Shown here: piece after piece, positions 1 to 12,577 of the stretch
How positions within the stretch are numbered: the stretch's first letter is position 1
How the letters are laid out: each line of letters starts with the position of its first letter
Assembly (NCBI GenBank): GCA_951406725.2
Contig: OX597819.1
Location: 37,572,001-37,636,000, forward strand
DNA length: 64,000 bases
Source: Octopus vulgaris
Lineage: Eukaryota
Direction of reading: 5' to 3'
Notes under the pieces: generated by a model
The model's database searches: none
What the model saw: only the letters and a program-made list of their open reading frames with translations
What the model was told of the DNA's origin: nothing
Made by a program: the position numbers and the translations under genes

Positions 1-399
1 TAGTGCAGAGAGTCAGGGGTGGTTAACATTTCTTGGTCTTTGATAATCAGCCAGACTGCCTTATTTTGGGTGCAGTAGAAATATCTCAGATATTTGAACA
101 GTAACCTCATGTGATCACCTTGGGTACAGGTAATTTGGGCTAATCATCACCTTCAAAAAGATTCAGATCATCTGTTAACCATCAGCAACTGAAACAAACT
201 AGATATAGCCCACTATTTCAACTTAGTAAAATAATTTGTGAAAAAACCACCTCCATATCTGGAAAGATACTTCTCTGCAATGGCATTCTTGATGACAAGA
301 TTCAATATCACCAGAAATGCATGAAAATAGCTTTTTGGAAGTCTTCAAACAAGAATCTTTCATGGTTTTAACATCTGAACATTCATCAAAATGTTAGTG

Positions 400-1100
400 T
401 ACAGAATAGGTGATTCCAACATTCCTGTAAACTTCAAAAATCTGATAGCATACGAATGATATCTGAAGGCAACGAAAAGGTCTCAATAATACTGTTTGTG
501 AAACATCAGCTGAGAAGAAAAAATATTAGCTTGCTGAATGAAGCAAATCAGGCAGCAATGTCTTGTGTGGAATCTGATGAGATTATAGCAGGAGTGGTAA
601 AAGAAGAGAACAGTACCTTTGACTGGATAAGTGAAGAGCAGATGCTGCTGCATAGTGGTGGAAAAGATGACAGTGAACTAGTAGCAGTAACATGTTGGTA
701 AGTGAACCTTTGCTAATCAACAGGAATGCCTTCTTTTGGATGCAGTCTAGGATATTTTTTTTTAAGTGTAGTAGCAACACTCTCTCAAATGTGATCTACT
801 AAGAACAGCAAGTGATCAAGATGGAGGTAATTGCTAGCCCTGAAGAACTTTTTTTTGGTATACAGTTTTGGTAGCAATGTTATAAATGTAGGAGATTGCC
901 ATTACAGAGCATACTGTCGTTAAGAACAGTAAAGTAGATGTAGAGTTTTTCATGTTGAGTATTTTGATTTCACTATGTAGGTAATCTATAAATAAGGTAT
1001 GTGTATACAGCAGAGCATCATTGTTTTGTGCATATTAGTTTTCTGCAGTTTGCATCAAGCTATGCAGACAGAACCAGTATGGTCCATAATGAATGTGACA
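400..1100 (-). mobile_element. Decayed CR1-like LINE RT fragment
   Basis: Minus-strand translation around 775-870 resembles the RT N-terminal motif P(K)K...NYRPISL...K.FE (PKK..SNYLHL..LAVLSRS.ERV across frameshifts). Boundaries approximate. Confidence 0.4.
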
Positions 1101-1609
1101 TACAGCTTTTATATTGGTTTCCACTTACCTATGCCCTGCACTCCTAGGAAATGTTTAATTTTCACACACCTACCTTACAAAAGTAATAACACATGCAGAA
1201 ATGAAAAAGTAAATTTTCTTCTAACTACTTTATTTTTAAAACTGAACCATATAGAGTACTGCAGAGGAACAAATTGAACTCAATAAGTTTTAACTTAGTG
1301 CATAAGCTGCAAACATAACTAAAGTAATTAGAAAATAAATAAATCATAATTGAGAACATTAAATTCTATGATTTCTTTATTCCTTCTTGCTCTTCATTCC
1401 TAACTTTATTAGAACATGGAATTTTCTTGCTGACTACTATCAGTGGAAATGTATGGATTCAAGAGATTCCTAGATTTTGTCTTGACTGTCAAAAAGATAA
1501 CCAAAACCAGGTTCACAGAAGTATGTTATTGCAAAACTAAATGATGACACAGCTGATCACAATACCTTAAGGGTCATATATATATATATATATATATAAC
1601 ACAAAAGGG

Positions 1610-1688
1610 GTTTAAAATTTACTACAGCTGTTTCAATAGAATTTTGTTGATGTATCCACAATATAAATCTTCAGGTAAAATTTTAAAC
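1610..1688 (-). ncRNA. Type I minimal hammerhead ribozyme motif (core intact, stem II damaged)
   Basis: Minus strand reads GTTTAAAATTTTAC-CTGAAGA-...-GAAA-C-AGCT-G-TA-GTAAATTTTAAAC: 13-bp stem I with one bulge, CUGANGA and GAAA boxes, palindromic AGCT loop III, GUA cleavage triplet. Confidence 0.65.
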
Positions 1689-2066
1689 GGGTATAAACAA
1701 GCAAGGTAAAACCTTGATAATAAGTGATGTTTCACACTAGTACACAGATATCAATACACACACAGACATATACATAAGAAATAACAGAACGTGTGTGTGT
1801 TGCTGCCCTAATGTCTGCTCCCTTCATCTCAACCAACAAGATATCATCCTAGAAATGTTTTGGCTACAGCTTGTCTATTTCCTGACTCTCCTTCACAGCA
1901 ATAATTAAGATAACTGCCTGAAATAATAGAGTTGTTTTGACCTCTTTCCTTCTTGCATTCTCGTTATACTTTTGAATTTTCTATAAATTTAAAGGTTCTT
2001 TTCAAAATATCACCTACATTTGTTGGATAGGTCATCATCAAGGTAATACTTTGCCTATTTATATCA

Positions 2067-2162
2067 GTTTAAAATTTTACATGAGGATAGTGGATTTATG
2101 CTATGATGTGATCGATGAACATCAATAAAATTCTACTGAAACAGTTTAAGTAAATTTTAGAC
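2067..2162 (+). ncRNA. Degenerate hammerhead copy (stem II retained, core mutated)
   Basis: GTTTAAAATTTTAC-ATGAGGA-T-AGTGGATTT...AAATTCTACT-GAAA-CAGTTT-AA-GTAAATTTTAGAC; homologous to 1610-1688. Confidence 0.5.
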
Positions 2163-3744
2163 CCCATGTGTTCTTTTTACACCTATACCACATCTGTAAC
2201 CAGCCCTGAGTTGGATCTATGGCTTAAATTAGATTTTGTACTTACCTATCTACACATATCTACTGTATACTACCAACATGATACCTCATGGTTGTTTTAT
2301 CTCAATGTAAACCCTATGTTATGGTACCTAGCCAGTTCTGGATCCTACATGTTGATATGCCTAGATTCTTATGAATGCTGTAATTTTTTTCTCTCTCTCT
2401 CATATATATGATGAATTTCCAGTTTCCATCTACAAAATTCACCCAACAAGGCACTGGTTAGCTTGGTGCTACAGTAGAAGACACCCAAGTTTGTGCAATG
2501 GCACTGAACTCAAAATAGTATGGTAATTAGTAATGATTTTAATAATGCATATGCTTTCCTATCACAACCCTGAAACCCCATTTCCCCATCCCCATCCCTG
2601 GAGGTGTGAACACCTCAGGTTAGGAGCCTGTTTTTGTATATTCAGATTTTATCTAGTTATAGAAAGATAACATTATATTAAATTTCATTTTCTGGCTGAC
2701 CATAACAAATATCAGACATATCTCATGGGGAAATATTTGCATTGCTGAGTGAAAGGAATCACATGACAATATCTTCAAATGTTTAATCTAATTTGTATTT
2801 GTGGAGCAACAATATTTTATTCTTGAATGTATACTGAAGTATATATTGCCTAAAATGTGGGATGAAATGGATTAGGAATCAAATTTATATATTTTTTTTT
2901 AATGACAAGCAACCTAAAACAAAGTCAAGTTCCCTAATAAAAAAAAAACACCCATTTTAAAGCCATATTGAAATTAAAACCTTCCACCATAACCTAATTT
3001 AAAAACTTTTTAAGCTGTGTGCCAACTGCCAGATTAATAAAGAAAAAAAGCTAAGTTATTTTATTATAATGCTGCAAATTCTAGACTTATTTTCAAAATT
3101 AATTATAACAAAATGCAAGCATGACTAGGTGGTTTACAAGTTTGCTTTCCAGTCACTTAATTCTGCATAGCATCTTGGATAAGTGTTTTATTCTATAGCG
3201 CAGGCTAATCAAAGCCTTGTAAATTAAAAAAGCTTGTTCTATGTGTGTGTTCATCCTTGTCTTGACACCACATACAATGCTTTCAAAGTTGCTACAAAAG
3301 CCAGACCTCTGAAACTTTCAGCATATATAAGGTCACCATGATATTGTCAGACTGCACTATGTAAAATTGTTTTCCTCTTTAGGGTCAGAAATTACTTCAA
3401 CCCAGGTCAGTTGATAACCACTGACAGAATTCAATTAAGACCTATATTAGAGTACTGCTTAAATGTCTGCTGTTGCTGCACATAAATACATCTTAAATTA
3501 CAACCAAATATGAGTGTGAATCAGAAAGCAATGCAATTTTTAGTTGCATTACTTTCCGACTCACCTTCATACCATGGCAGGCTTCAACCACCAGCATACA
3601 GATAGTTTATTTATACCTACTACGTCTGTGACAACCTCTGTTCCTCTGATCTAGCCAATTACATTTCCATTCTATGGCAACTATCTTGGTCTTCATTTCT
3701 CACACCTCTCCCTATATCCTACAATGCAACTGCACAATACCCAA

Positions 3745-4170
3745 CTAACATCAACCTAAAGACACTAATGTCACCAGTTAGATGGGCTTGCAAAGGCCAT
3801 GGGGTACTGTCCCTCTTCCATAAACTTATTAACAGGTCTGCAGGTTATTAGATTTGAAGAATCTGTCATCAGCACTATAGCTAAATATCCAGAATCTGAA
3901 GACTTAAGATTGCACAGGGTCTCAAGTACAATAAAGTGCCATTTCCCTCAATCCACTATATTAAAACATTAGAAACCATCCCAAATTGAAAAAGGAAATG
4001 GGAAAAATCCCATCACAAAACTGATTAAGCAATTCAAATTCACAAACTAATAGGATAATCAAATTAAATGGAAACTAAAGTAAGACTTAATCCAAAGCCT
4101 ACATTGATAAACTGGTCCTTTAACTTATTCTTTAGGCAACACTCAGTCTTTCTTAGATGAACAAGTATAT
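3745..4170 (+). mobile_element. Possible decayed Penelope-like RT fragment
   Basis: HQLDGLAKAMG near 3775-3805 resembles the PLE RT motif YxQxxGxxMG; FEE and FLD follow. Heavily degraded. Confidence 0.25.
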
Positions 4171-6051
4171 TTCTGCTAATGAACAAGTATATTAATATTG
4201 TATGAAATTATATTTTTAAGTGTACTTTAAAGGTCATCCAGTTGTAAATCTATCACATCTCTTCGTGGGAACTCCTATATACTGACACCCTTGTTTATAC
4301 AGTTAAATCATTAGACTATTTAGAGAAGAAATTTCAGATACTGGAGCAAAACCTATAATTGAGGGCTCTAAGGTGAGCAAAGACAAGTCTGAGAAAGTAG
4401 AAAAGATAGGATTGCTGCCATTAGACAAATGACCATGCTCAGTATACAAACAGATAAACATTCTATACATCATATGGATGCACAAGGGGTGGTTGAATCA
4501 CAGGCAAGCTGACAAAGAAGTAGACTTCATAAGTGAAAATGCACAGGGGCACTCGGCAGTAATAGTACATGTGGAATAAATTCTTATAACTGCTTGGAAA
4601 GCTTTTAGAATGTGAATAGCTTTTCTTACTTAGATGACTTATTAAAATTGGAAGAGCCCATTCCAAATACATAGCAGCCACAGGAACAAGTGGAAAAAAA
4701 TTTAGGCTATTATCTCAACTAGTAACAAAGGGTTTCTCTTAAAAGTGAAAGGCAGGGTGTGTGGGGCTTATGTGTAGAGTGTGACAATGCATAGTAGTAG
4801 GGATTTTGAATGTGGAGGAGTCAAGAAAACTAGAAAGAAATGAAGTGAACATGCACATATAAAATGTGTATTATTAGTGTACATGAATGCTGAAGCACAA
4901 ATGAATTGAGAAGAAAGCTAGCTATAAGAGGAATCAGAAGCAGTGTGCAAGAGAGAAAACTGTATTGGTAGAGAGGACATCAGTTGTTTAACAAAATGCA
5001 GAGCACTAGAGCTGGAAGAAAATCTAGGAAGACGGGACAAAATGGTGAATACTTATTTCAAGAAACTGAGCTCCATGAAAGATATTATTTAGGTCCATGA
5101 TAAGTGATACAGGAGACAACCCATCAACCAAAGCAAGCATGACAAAATGGATGGCTGGGATTTGAATAAGTCCCCTTTACCAACGCCCAAACTCTCGTTA
5201 TTCCCATCACTCAATATACATTGCTCCCATCTCACTTCCTTTACTTCATCTTCCAGTCAGAAATCTCTTCTTTTCCTATGCTGTCCATGCTGTTTCTATC
5301 ATTACAACCTCCTCAAACATTGTCTTGCCCCTTTCACTCTGTTCTATCATCATAATTTCTTTTCTATCATTTTCTTGGCTACTTTGTTTTGAACAAACAG
5401 ACAGAGTAGAGAGGACACTTTGACCTTGCCAAAAATAAAAACTCTAGTGCTGGCACCACAATAAAATGCACAGAGCACCAAAGTGGCTGGTTGTTAGAAA
5501 GGGCATCCAACAGTAGAAACCATGCTAAAAATTGTGCACAAGCATCTTGGAGGGCAACAACTCCTTGCTTTAGTAATCTAATGCTAGCATAGAAAAAATA
5601 AGACATAAAATATTGATGGTAAAAAATGTTGTAAATTATTTTCCTATGTAAAAAACTATAAGCAATAATAGTAAAAATCAAAGAACAATCTATTAGTCTT
5701 ATGATGAACTTAAGAATGATATATCCGGAAGGTTCTCTTCACTAAAATAACCATAGCTGAAGTATTACAAAAAGAAAAATTAATCCATTTATTAAAGTAG
5801 ACATTAAAAAAACCCTTTTGCAGTTTAACAACAATTTGAACAGTTATATGCAAACTAGGCAAAAGAAATATCTTGGAAATTTAGGACATCCAGTATTGAA
5901 TATAAATTAATTTTGATTTTCAATTAAAACTGAGTCATTTCAATTACTATATGCATCAAAGAAAAGCCTAGTTAATTCCTTACAACACATATATTTTCAA
6001 TTCTTAAATAACTTCTTTAAATATACAATGCAAAATGCCTAATATATATAT

Positions 6052-6442
6052 CACCCAGTGAACTTCCACCATGGGTCATCACAATTGCTTAAGGTAAAAA
6101 TGAATTCCTCGCTCTTTCGGAAACATCAATCTTCTGTATTGACCGCTTTCCACCACTTTGATCTGTTTTTTGTATTGAATACGTATCGCCACCGTGGGCC
6201 ACTGCATCGAACACTTTGAACATATACTTCAAACTATATATCAACTATACATGAACTCTAAGATGTCTGACTCCATTGTGTATTATAAATGAATTTCTTG
6301 TGTTTGACGGCATGAGCTGTCTCTTTTTATATATAACTTTTTTTGATAAGGTTCATTTCAGGAACTGAAACATGTTATAATGTATATATAAAAATTAAAA
6401 ATTGTATAATACAGCAGCATTTTCGAACTTCATTTTTTACAA

Positions 6443-6443
<1 letters not shown>
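6052..6443 (+). mobile_element. ~390 bp insert between (TA)n tracts with a relic hammerhead (6343-6376)
   Basis: TTGATAA-GGTTC-ATTTCAG-GAACT-GAAA-CATG-TT; more CpG than its flanks; TA repeats on both sides. Confidence 0.45.
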
Positions 6444-6474
<31 letters not shown>

Positions 6475-9400
6475 CAAGTAAGATAATTTAATCTAAGATT
6501 TTAATTTAAACAGTATAAAATTGAGACCTTAATTTTGATCCACTGGAACTGGTGCAAAGTTAAAAGTTTACATTGTCAGTGGCCAGATACCATTTCTTGT
6601 AAAGACAATGTCTCGAGTCCACCTAACTACAAATGAGGAGATATAGTTTACAATTATTCAACTGCAACAAGACTATATCAATTTATTAGACTAGTGGCAT
6701 GTTAAAATATTCTTATAGATATGGTTACAACTTGCAGTGAGCTAGATGACATCCAGCCTACTTACTGTACAACAAAACGGGTACATCAATTTCCTGGTAA
6801 CTGAAGGTTCAAAACCTCTTAATTCAAACAACAGGAGACATCAATTTTGCTTACATTTATCCCAAATTATGGCTTCCAGTCATAATGTAAGTATCAGTGA
6901 TAATGAATAGCATAATACAAGCAAATATAGATGCAGGAAAGTGCAGATATAGTGAAAGAATTTCAGTGAGAAGCTAAGCAGTTATGATTGTTTTAAGGTC
7001 TACTTTTCCATATTTGCATTGGTCAGACAAAAGATCCATTGAGGCAGATTTTCTATAACTGGATGCTGCTCTTGTCACTAACCCTAGTACTTGGCATATG
7101 AACAGTACAATATTGTTTCCATTGGCAGTTGCTAACAAATGATATCACTTGTATAACATTGTTTACAAATACAATGTAACATAAAGACAGACAGACACAC
7201 ACACACACACACACACAAAATGGGCTTCTTTCCATTCCTATTGACCAAATCTACTCACTAAGCTTTGGTTTATGATTATAGACTACACTGCTCAAAATGC
7301 CAAGCAGTGTAATCAAACTCAAAAACGTGGTTGCAAAGCAAACTTCTTAATGTAGCCATGCCTGCATCTGTGTGATTAACAGAATGAGGAGAGTGTTCCA
7401 TCCTCATAAAATGCTCTTAGTGAATAAAAGTTCTGCCAAGAGGGTGACAAAAAAGTTAACATAGCAGTAGCCTTTTAGGAATTTACTTTCAATTGTTATG
7501 TCTGGTTAGTCTGGCAAACTGGATAACCACTATGGATCTGGAACCACAGGTGCTGGAAAAACAGTACTGTACATATAATTCCATCTCTCTCAAACCTATG
7601 CACCATCATGTAAAGAAGTCACTTTGAAACCTTGTAGCTGAAGGTTCATTCCCATCTTACAGACATTGTTGGCTGATAACTGCTATAGCTGCATGTTGAC
7701 TAATGCCTTGCACAAGTGAAATTTAGTAAACAGAAACTGGAAGAAACTGTGTGTGTGCACATATATTCTGTCTTGACATATACATGCTAATTGTAAGCGA
7801 AGAGTCATCATTCATACATACAGTAGTATTTATTTGCAATTATGAGAAACTATTTTGAAGCTATTCCTTGTTTGATAGATTAAAGAAGACAGGTGTGGGT
7901 TTGTGAAAGCAAGAGAGTTTGGCTGCAGGAAATCTACTTCAACTTATCAATGCAAGCATGGCAATATGGACATTAAAACATTCTATATGTTTCATCATCC
8001 AAAACTTCTTTAAAATAGTTTTACATCTATCTTTGAGAGGTCTGTATATAAGATAATGCAAATTACTGCAGAGAAGTACTCAAGATAGAAGAGGCAGGAA
8101 AATAGAGCAGTGGGTATTGTAGATAACAAAGACTCGAGACAATTGGAGTGAAGTGATATAGCAGATTTGTTCAACACATACTAGCATGAAAAAAGACAAA
8201 CAAACACTACATACATTTATCACAACTCCTAGGGTTTGAATGCAGGTAAGTATTTAATCAGATCTTAAATTAAGATTTTATTCTCTTTCATTGTCATTGC
8301 TTCTTTGTATAAAATAGAACTTGTATGCATCAAGAATAGAAAACATCATTTTGGAATGAAACTTCTTAAAACATGAAAGATGTATTTTACAACTAAAATT
8401 TCTGTAGTCTGGCCCAAATTATATGCTACTGCCATTCCCTAAGGTTTTCCCCCTCTTAGCATGTTGTTCATTAACTGTCCATATCAGCACAATCATCTTG
8501 TTTGCATACAATGACTGACACAGATATTACAGTTGCTTTTGAACCAAATACACCACAAAGCAAGACAACTTCTTGCCTTCAGGCCTATTTAGTGAAAGTA
8601 ACTAGTTACAAAACACTTGAAATTTGAGTAAAAAAAATGTTCTTCCTCCAGACAACACAGCTTGACATGAAGTTTAGAAGCCAAATCCTTCAGAGTATTC
8701 TGATAGATTGTCTAGTTGATAATTACATAACTCCATATTCTGACTTATAATTTGTGGGAAGGATTTAAAAAGGATCTCTGGATTACAGTTGGGCTCCTCA
8801 CAAGAATGAGTACAATTGTCAAAATTAACTTGAAGGTTCTTTCCATTCTCTTAAGAACATGGATGAAGAATGCCATTGATTGAGCAAGTTCTCCCTCCTT
8901 GTTCAAAAACTACTTTCCAACTTAGACACCAATCTACCAGTTATTAACATTCTACTCCCTTTCAAGGCAAAGCTTTCAATAGATTCAGTCAACCCGCATT
9001 TATCAACAATACAGCAGCTTCAAAAAAGATGAAAATAAAAAAATAGCAGACCTTCTCTACATGTAAATAGAACATTACTAAAATTACTGCTTGCTCTAGA
9101 AATGCAACAGACATTACTATATTTCAAGAAATTTCATAACAAACATATACTGTATAGCTGAGGTAACATTATAAAAAAAAAAAGAAAGAAAGAAAAAAAA
9201 TGCCATAAGCAACTTGTAATCTTCTTTGCCAAGCAAAATAACAGTTAAACTCACAGCATACAAACATTTTACAAATTGCATTGCAAATATTTGAACTTTT
9301 TTTCAGAGCCTGAAAATACTTATGACCTTATATAAAATATAAATTCTCTATAGAATACTGCATACACATCTAGAAATTTGAAAGTGTAATCTCACCACCC

Positions 9401-10471
9401 ACTTTTGAACTATATTATTTACCTGAAGCTCTGATTACAAGATATTTGGTAATAGCTGAAGGTCATTGCATGTGATTAACAGGTTACACACATGCAAGAA
9501 GGCCTTCTGTCAGTCAATCATAAATCTGTCTTGTGACTGTACTCCTACTTTATATAACTTTATATTGGTTTATACATTTGTCAAAATTTCTTATATTCAC
9601 CAAGCAAATTTTTTTACAATTTTGATGGTAACATTTTGGAAGTAATAGCTAAATTGAATGAATTTAATCCGAGACTTTTTAAAAAGAAAAATGTACTACA
9701 TGATCAGTATCACTAGCTCTGAAGTTGAATTAGAAGATTGTTCTCAGTTAGGATGTTGAAAGCATGAAAAACATTCACATTAGTGGACACAAACATCAAT
9801 ATCAAAAATACCAATAATACAGAAACTTAAGACAAAATAAATTACAAACAAAATGAGCTATCAAAACTATACAACAAATATCCAAGTTTTCAGAAGCAAA
9901 ATATTTTCTGAAGAAATGAAAACCTTTCCAGAATGTAGAATTGGGATGAAAATAAATAGAACACAAGGAAATGCTCTACATTGGACCATGGACATTTCCT
10001 GAGAAAACCATATATTAGCTTATTTTCATCTATGTAAATCCTCCAAATTTACTCTAAAACTCACTTGCATCTTTTTTTGGATATAATACAAAATAACTTT
10101 AAAGGTGCTTATAACTCATGCATGGTAGTTTCTTTAAAAGCTTGTTGAAATTTAACATATTTCATTAAAATCTGGAACATAGGGTATCAAAGTCTGGGTT
10201 TATGATGACATCTACAATGGCCTGCATAAATGACATAAAATTTTATACTGAAAAATTGTACTTCTGAAGTAAACCTTGATGTCAATGTCATATTGGATTT
10301 TATGGAACCAATTGTGTCTATGGTTTATTGTGCCAGCTTCCCCTCTTCTCCAGTTTGTGAAACTTAGGAAGGGAACAACAGTAATATGAGAAAAAGAGCA
10401 ATCAAAAGAAAGGTAATATTGAAAGGCATCATGAGAACATTATAAAAGGCAACTTCAATATATATATGTAC

Positions 10472-10666
10472 AGCCTGACTGGCCCTCATGCTGGTGGCAC
10501 ATTAAAGTACCCACTACACTCTCATAGTGGTTGGTGTTAGGAAGGGCATCCAGCTGTAGAAACTTTGCCAGATCAGATTGGAACTTGGTGCAGCCTTCTG
10601 GCTCACCAACCCTCAGTCAAACCGTCCAACCCATGCCGGCATGGAAAGCAGACGTTAAACAATGAT
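10472..10666 (+). mobile_element. RTE LINE 3' terminal fragment
   Basis: Homologous to the 3' end of 12578-14125 (ttaggaagggcatccagctgtagaaac...gacgttaaac.atgat); TA repeats on both sides. Confidence 0.85.
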
Positions 10667-12577
10667 ATATATATATGGTGATCACTTAAAAGCTTTAAGC
10701 TTATAAATATTATTATTATTTACAGAATATATATATACATATATTAATGTATCATTTAACAAAAACAGACAACAGACAGTCAACTAGCATTTTGGATGAA
10801 GCTGGCATGTCAGTCTCTTGGAAGCTTCACATCTGAGAGAAAGCCAAAGTAACATTCTCAATGGAAATTACACACCACTGGCAAGGTAACATGGAAAAAA
10901 AAAAAGAGAAAAAGAAACTAAAAATTGCTCAATAAGTATGAACCAATAAATGTATCTGGCAGATAAACTTATGTAAAGCTTGTTTTAAATCGTACATGAT
11001 TCATTTTATTTTCTCTTGATAGTTATGAAGGAAATCTTAAGTCTTTCACCTCTTGCTAATAAGACTGATTGTTTTCTATGTTCATATTTTATCCTCCTTT
11101 TTTATAGCATTATTTCATAATTTTGTGTAAAGTTTTTCCAAATTTTGATGTATAAAATGTTACAATATTGTCAAGCAAACATAATTATTTTTACATCTCT
11201 CATTTATTCCATATTTATTGCTGTAAATTTTTTTTAGACATTTTGGTCAAATTTAAGCATTGGGAAGTTTTTATTCATAAAGCATGTATTTGCAAATGAA
11301 ATGAGGCAAAACTGCTTTGGACCAAGAGATCTGAGAGCATATTTGAGCTTATGGAATCACAAAAGAAAATAAGTTATAGAGCTTAAAGAGCCTGGAAACA
11401 GGATTAACAAATCTCTCCCAACTACACTTTTCAAGTTGTGCCCTTTGCCCCTTTTTTCAGTTACTACAATAAGCCTCTGCTCAAACTTGATGCTCCAAAA
11501 CCACTCCCATGTCTTTGTTCTAAACATTCATAATCTAGAATTCCATTTTCATGTTTCCATTTCAACAATAGAATTTGTAAACTAGAAAACACTCAGTTTC
11601 TGCTGCTCATCTTTAATTACTATTTACATCTTAAAGTATAAAATGCACTCAATAAAATGGGAAAAGATCGAATAAATACATGAAGAACCAATATCACATT
11701 ACACAATTCTAGCTATGTAACTGGTTGCCTTTAGTGGAGTACACTCCATTGCAAGCATTTGGACAAGGTTAACTTTCTTTTTTCTCCTAACAGTATCAGA
11801 AACTCTGAAAAGGGTCAAGAGTGCTATCATTCTTCTTCTGACTAAGTGATTAAAAATAAAGTGAAGTACTACTAAAATCTCATAACTCCAGTATCAAACA
11901 ACAGGAAATTAATAGTAAAATGATAAACATAAATTATACTATGAAAAACAACCAGTCTTTCAGTGTAACCAATATTCTAAAACAATATTACTACTTTTAA
12001 GTGTTATTTTCAGTGGGATGGATTCATAATTCAAAACATGATGACATCTGGTCAAGAACATGATCAGTAAGTAAAAAAAAAGCTAAAGCAAAAGCAACTG
12101 TAACTCAATGTGCAAGAAGAATCTGGACTAATAAAAAATTTTTCTTAGAATGTTGTAGAAAATAACCCTATTCTCATTATTTCTAAAAGGTTCATTATAT
12201 CAAATCAAAAGTTGCATTTCAATTCGCAAAATATTGTGAATAACAAAACAGTTCCAACAAACTCAACAAAATATATTTAAAAAAGTTCAAATTAGTTCTA
12301 TAAAAATTTAGTTTTATCATATAAATAAACTTCCCACAAATTTAGAATTCTGTTGTATTTAAAGTACACTGAACAGGCATCAATAAACAATGCTACAAAT
12401 CCTGATGACAATCAACGTCTTGCTTCAATAAGTTGTCTGAAAATAAATCCAGCACATATTGATTTCTAACATAAGCACAAAGCTTCAAATTGGATGCATA
12501 CCTTTGTTCCCCAGTCCCTATGGAAGCACTGATATAAATTTAACAAGATCACATGGTAAGTTTTGGTTATATATATT

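Larger units (their letters stand above)
1598..2172. mobile_element. Inverted pair of ~125-140 bp Penelope-like terminal repeats (1598-1722 and 2033-2172)
   Basis: The two arms align as reverse complements by eye and each carries a hammerhead motif; the left arm abuts a (TA)n tract. Confidence 0.65.

Noticed and set aside
8205-8255. Splice-like motifs (plus-strand CAGGTAAGT; possible 14-nt minus-strand microexon)
   Set aside because: Isolated motifs expected by chance; no supporting frame or partner site.
12400-12430. Other CTGANGA matches (for example 574, 12402, 28212, 55728)
   Set aside because: No downstream stem II, GAAA and NUH arrangement.
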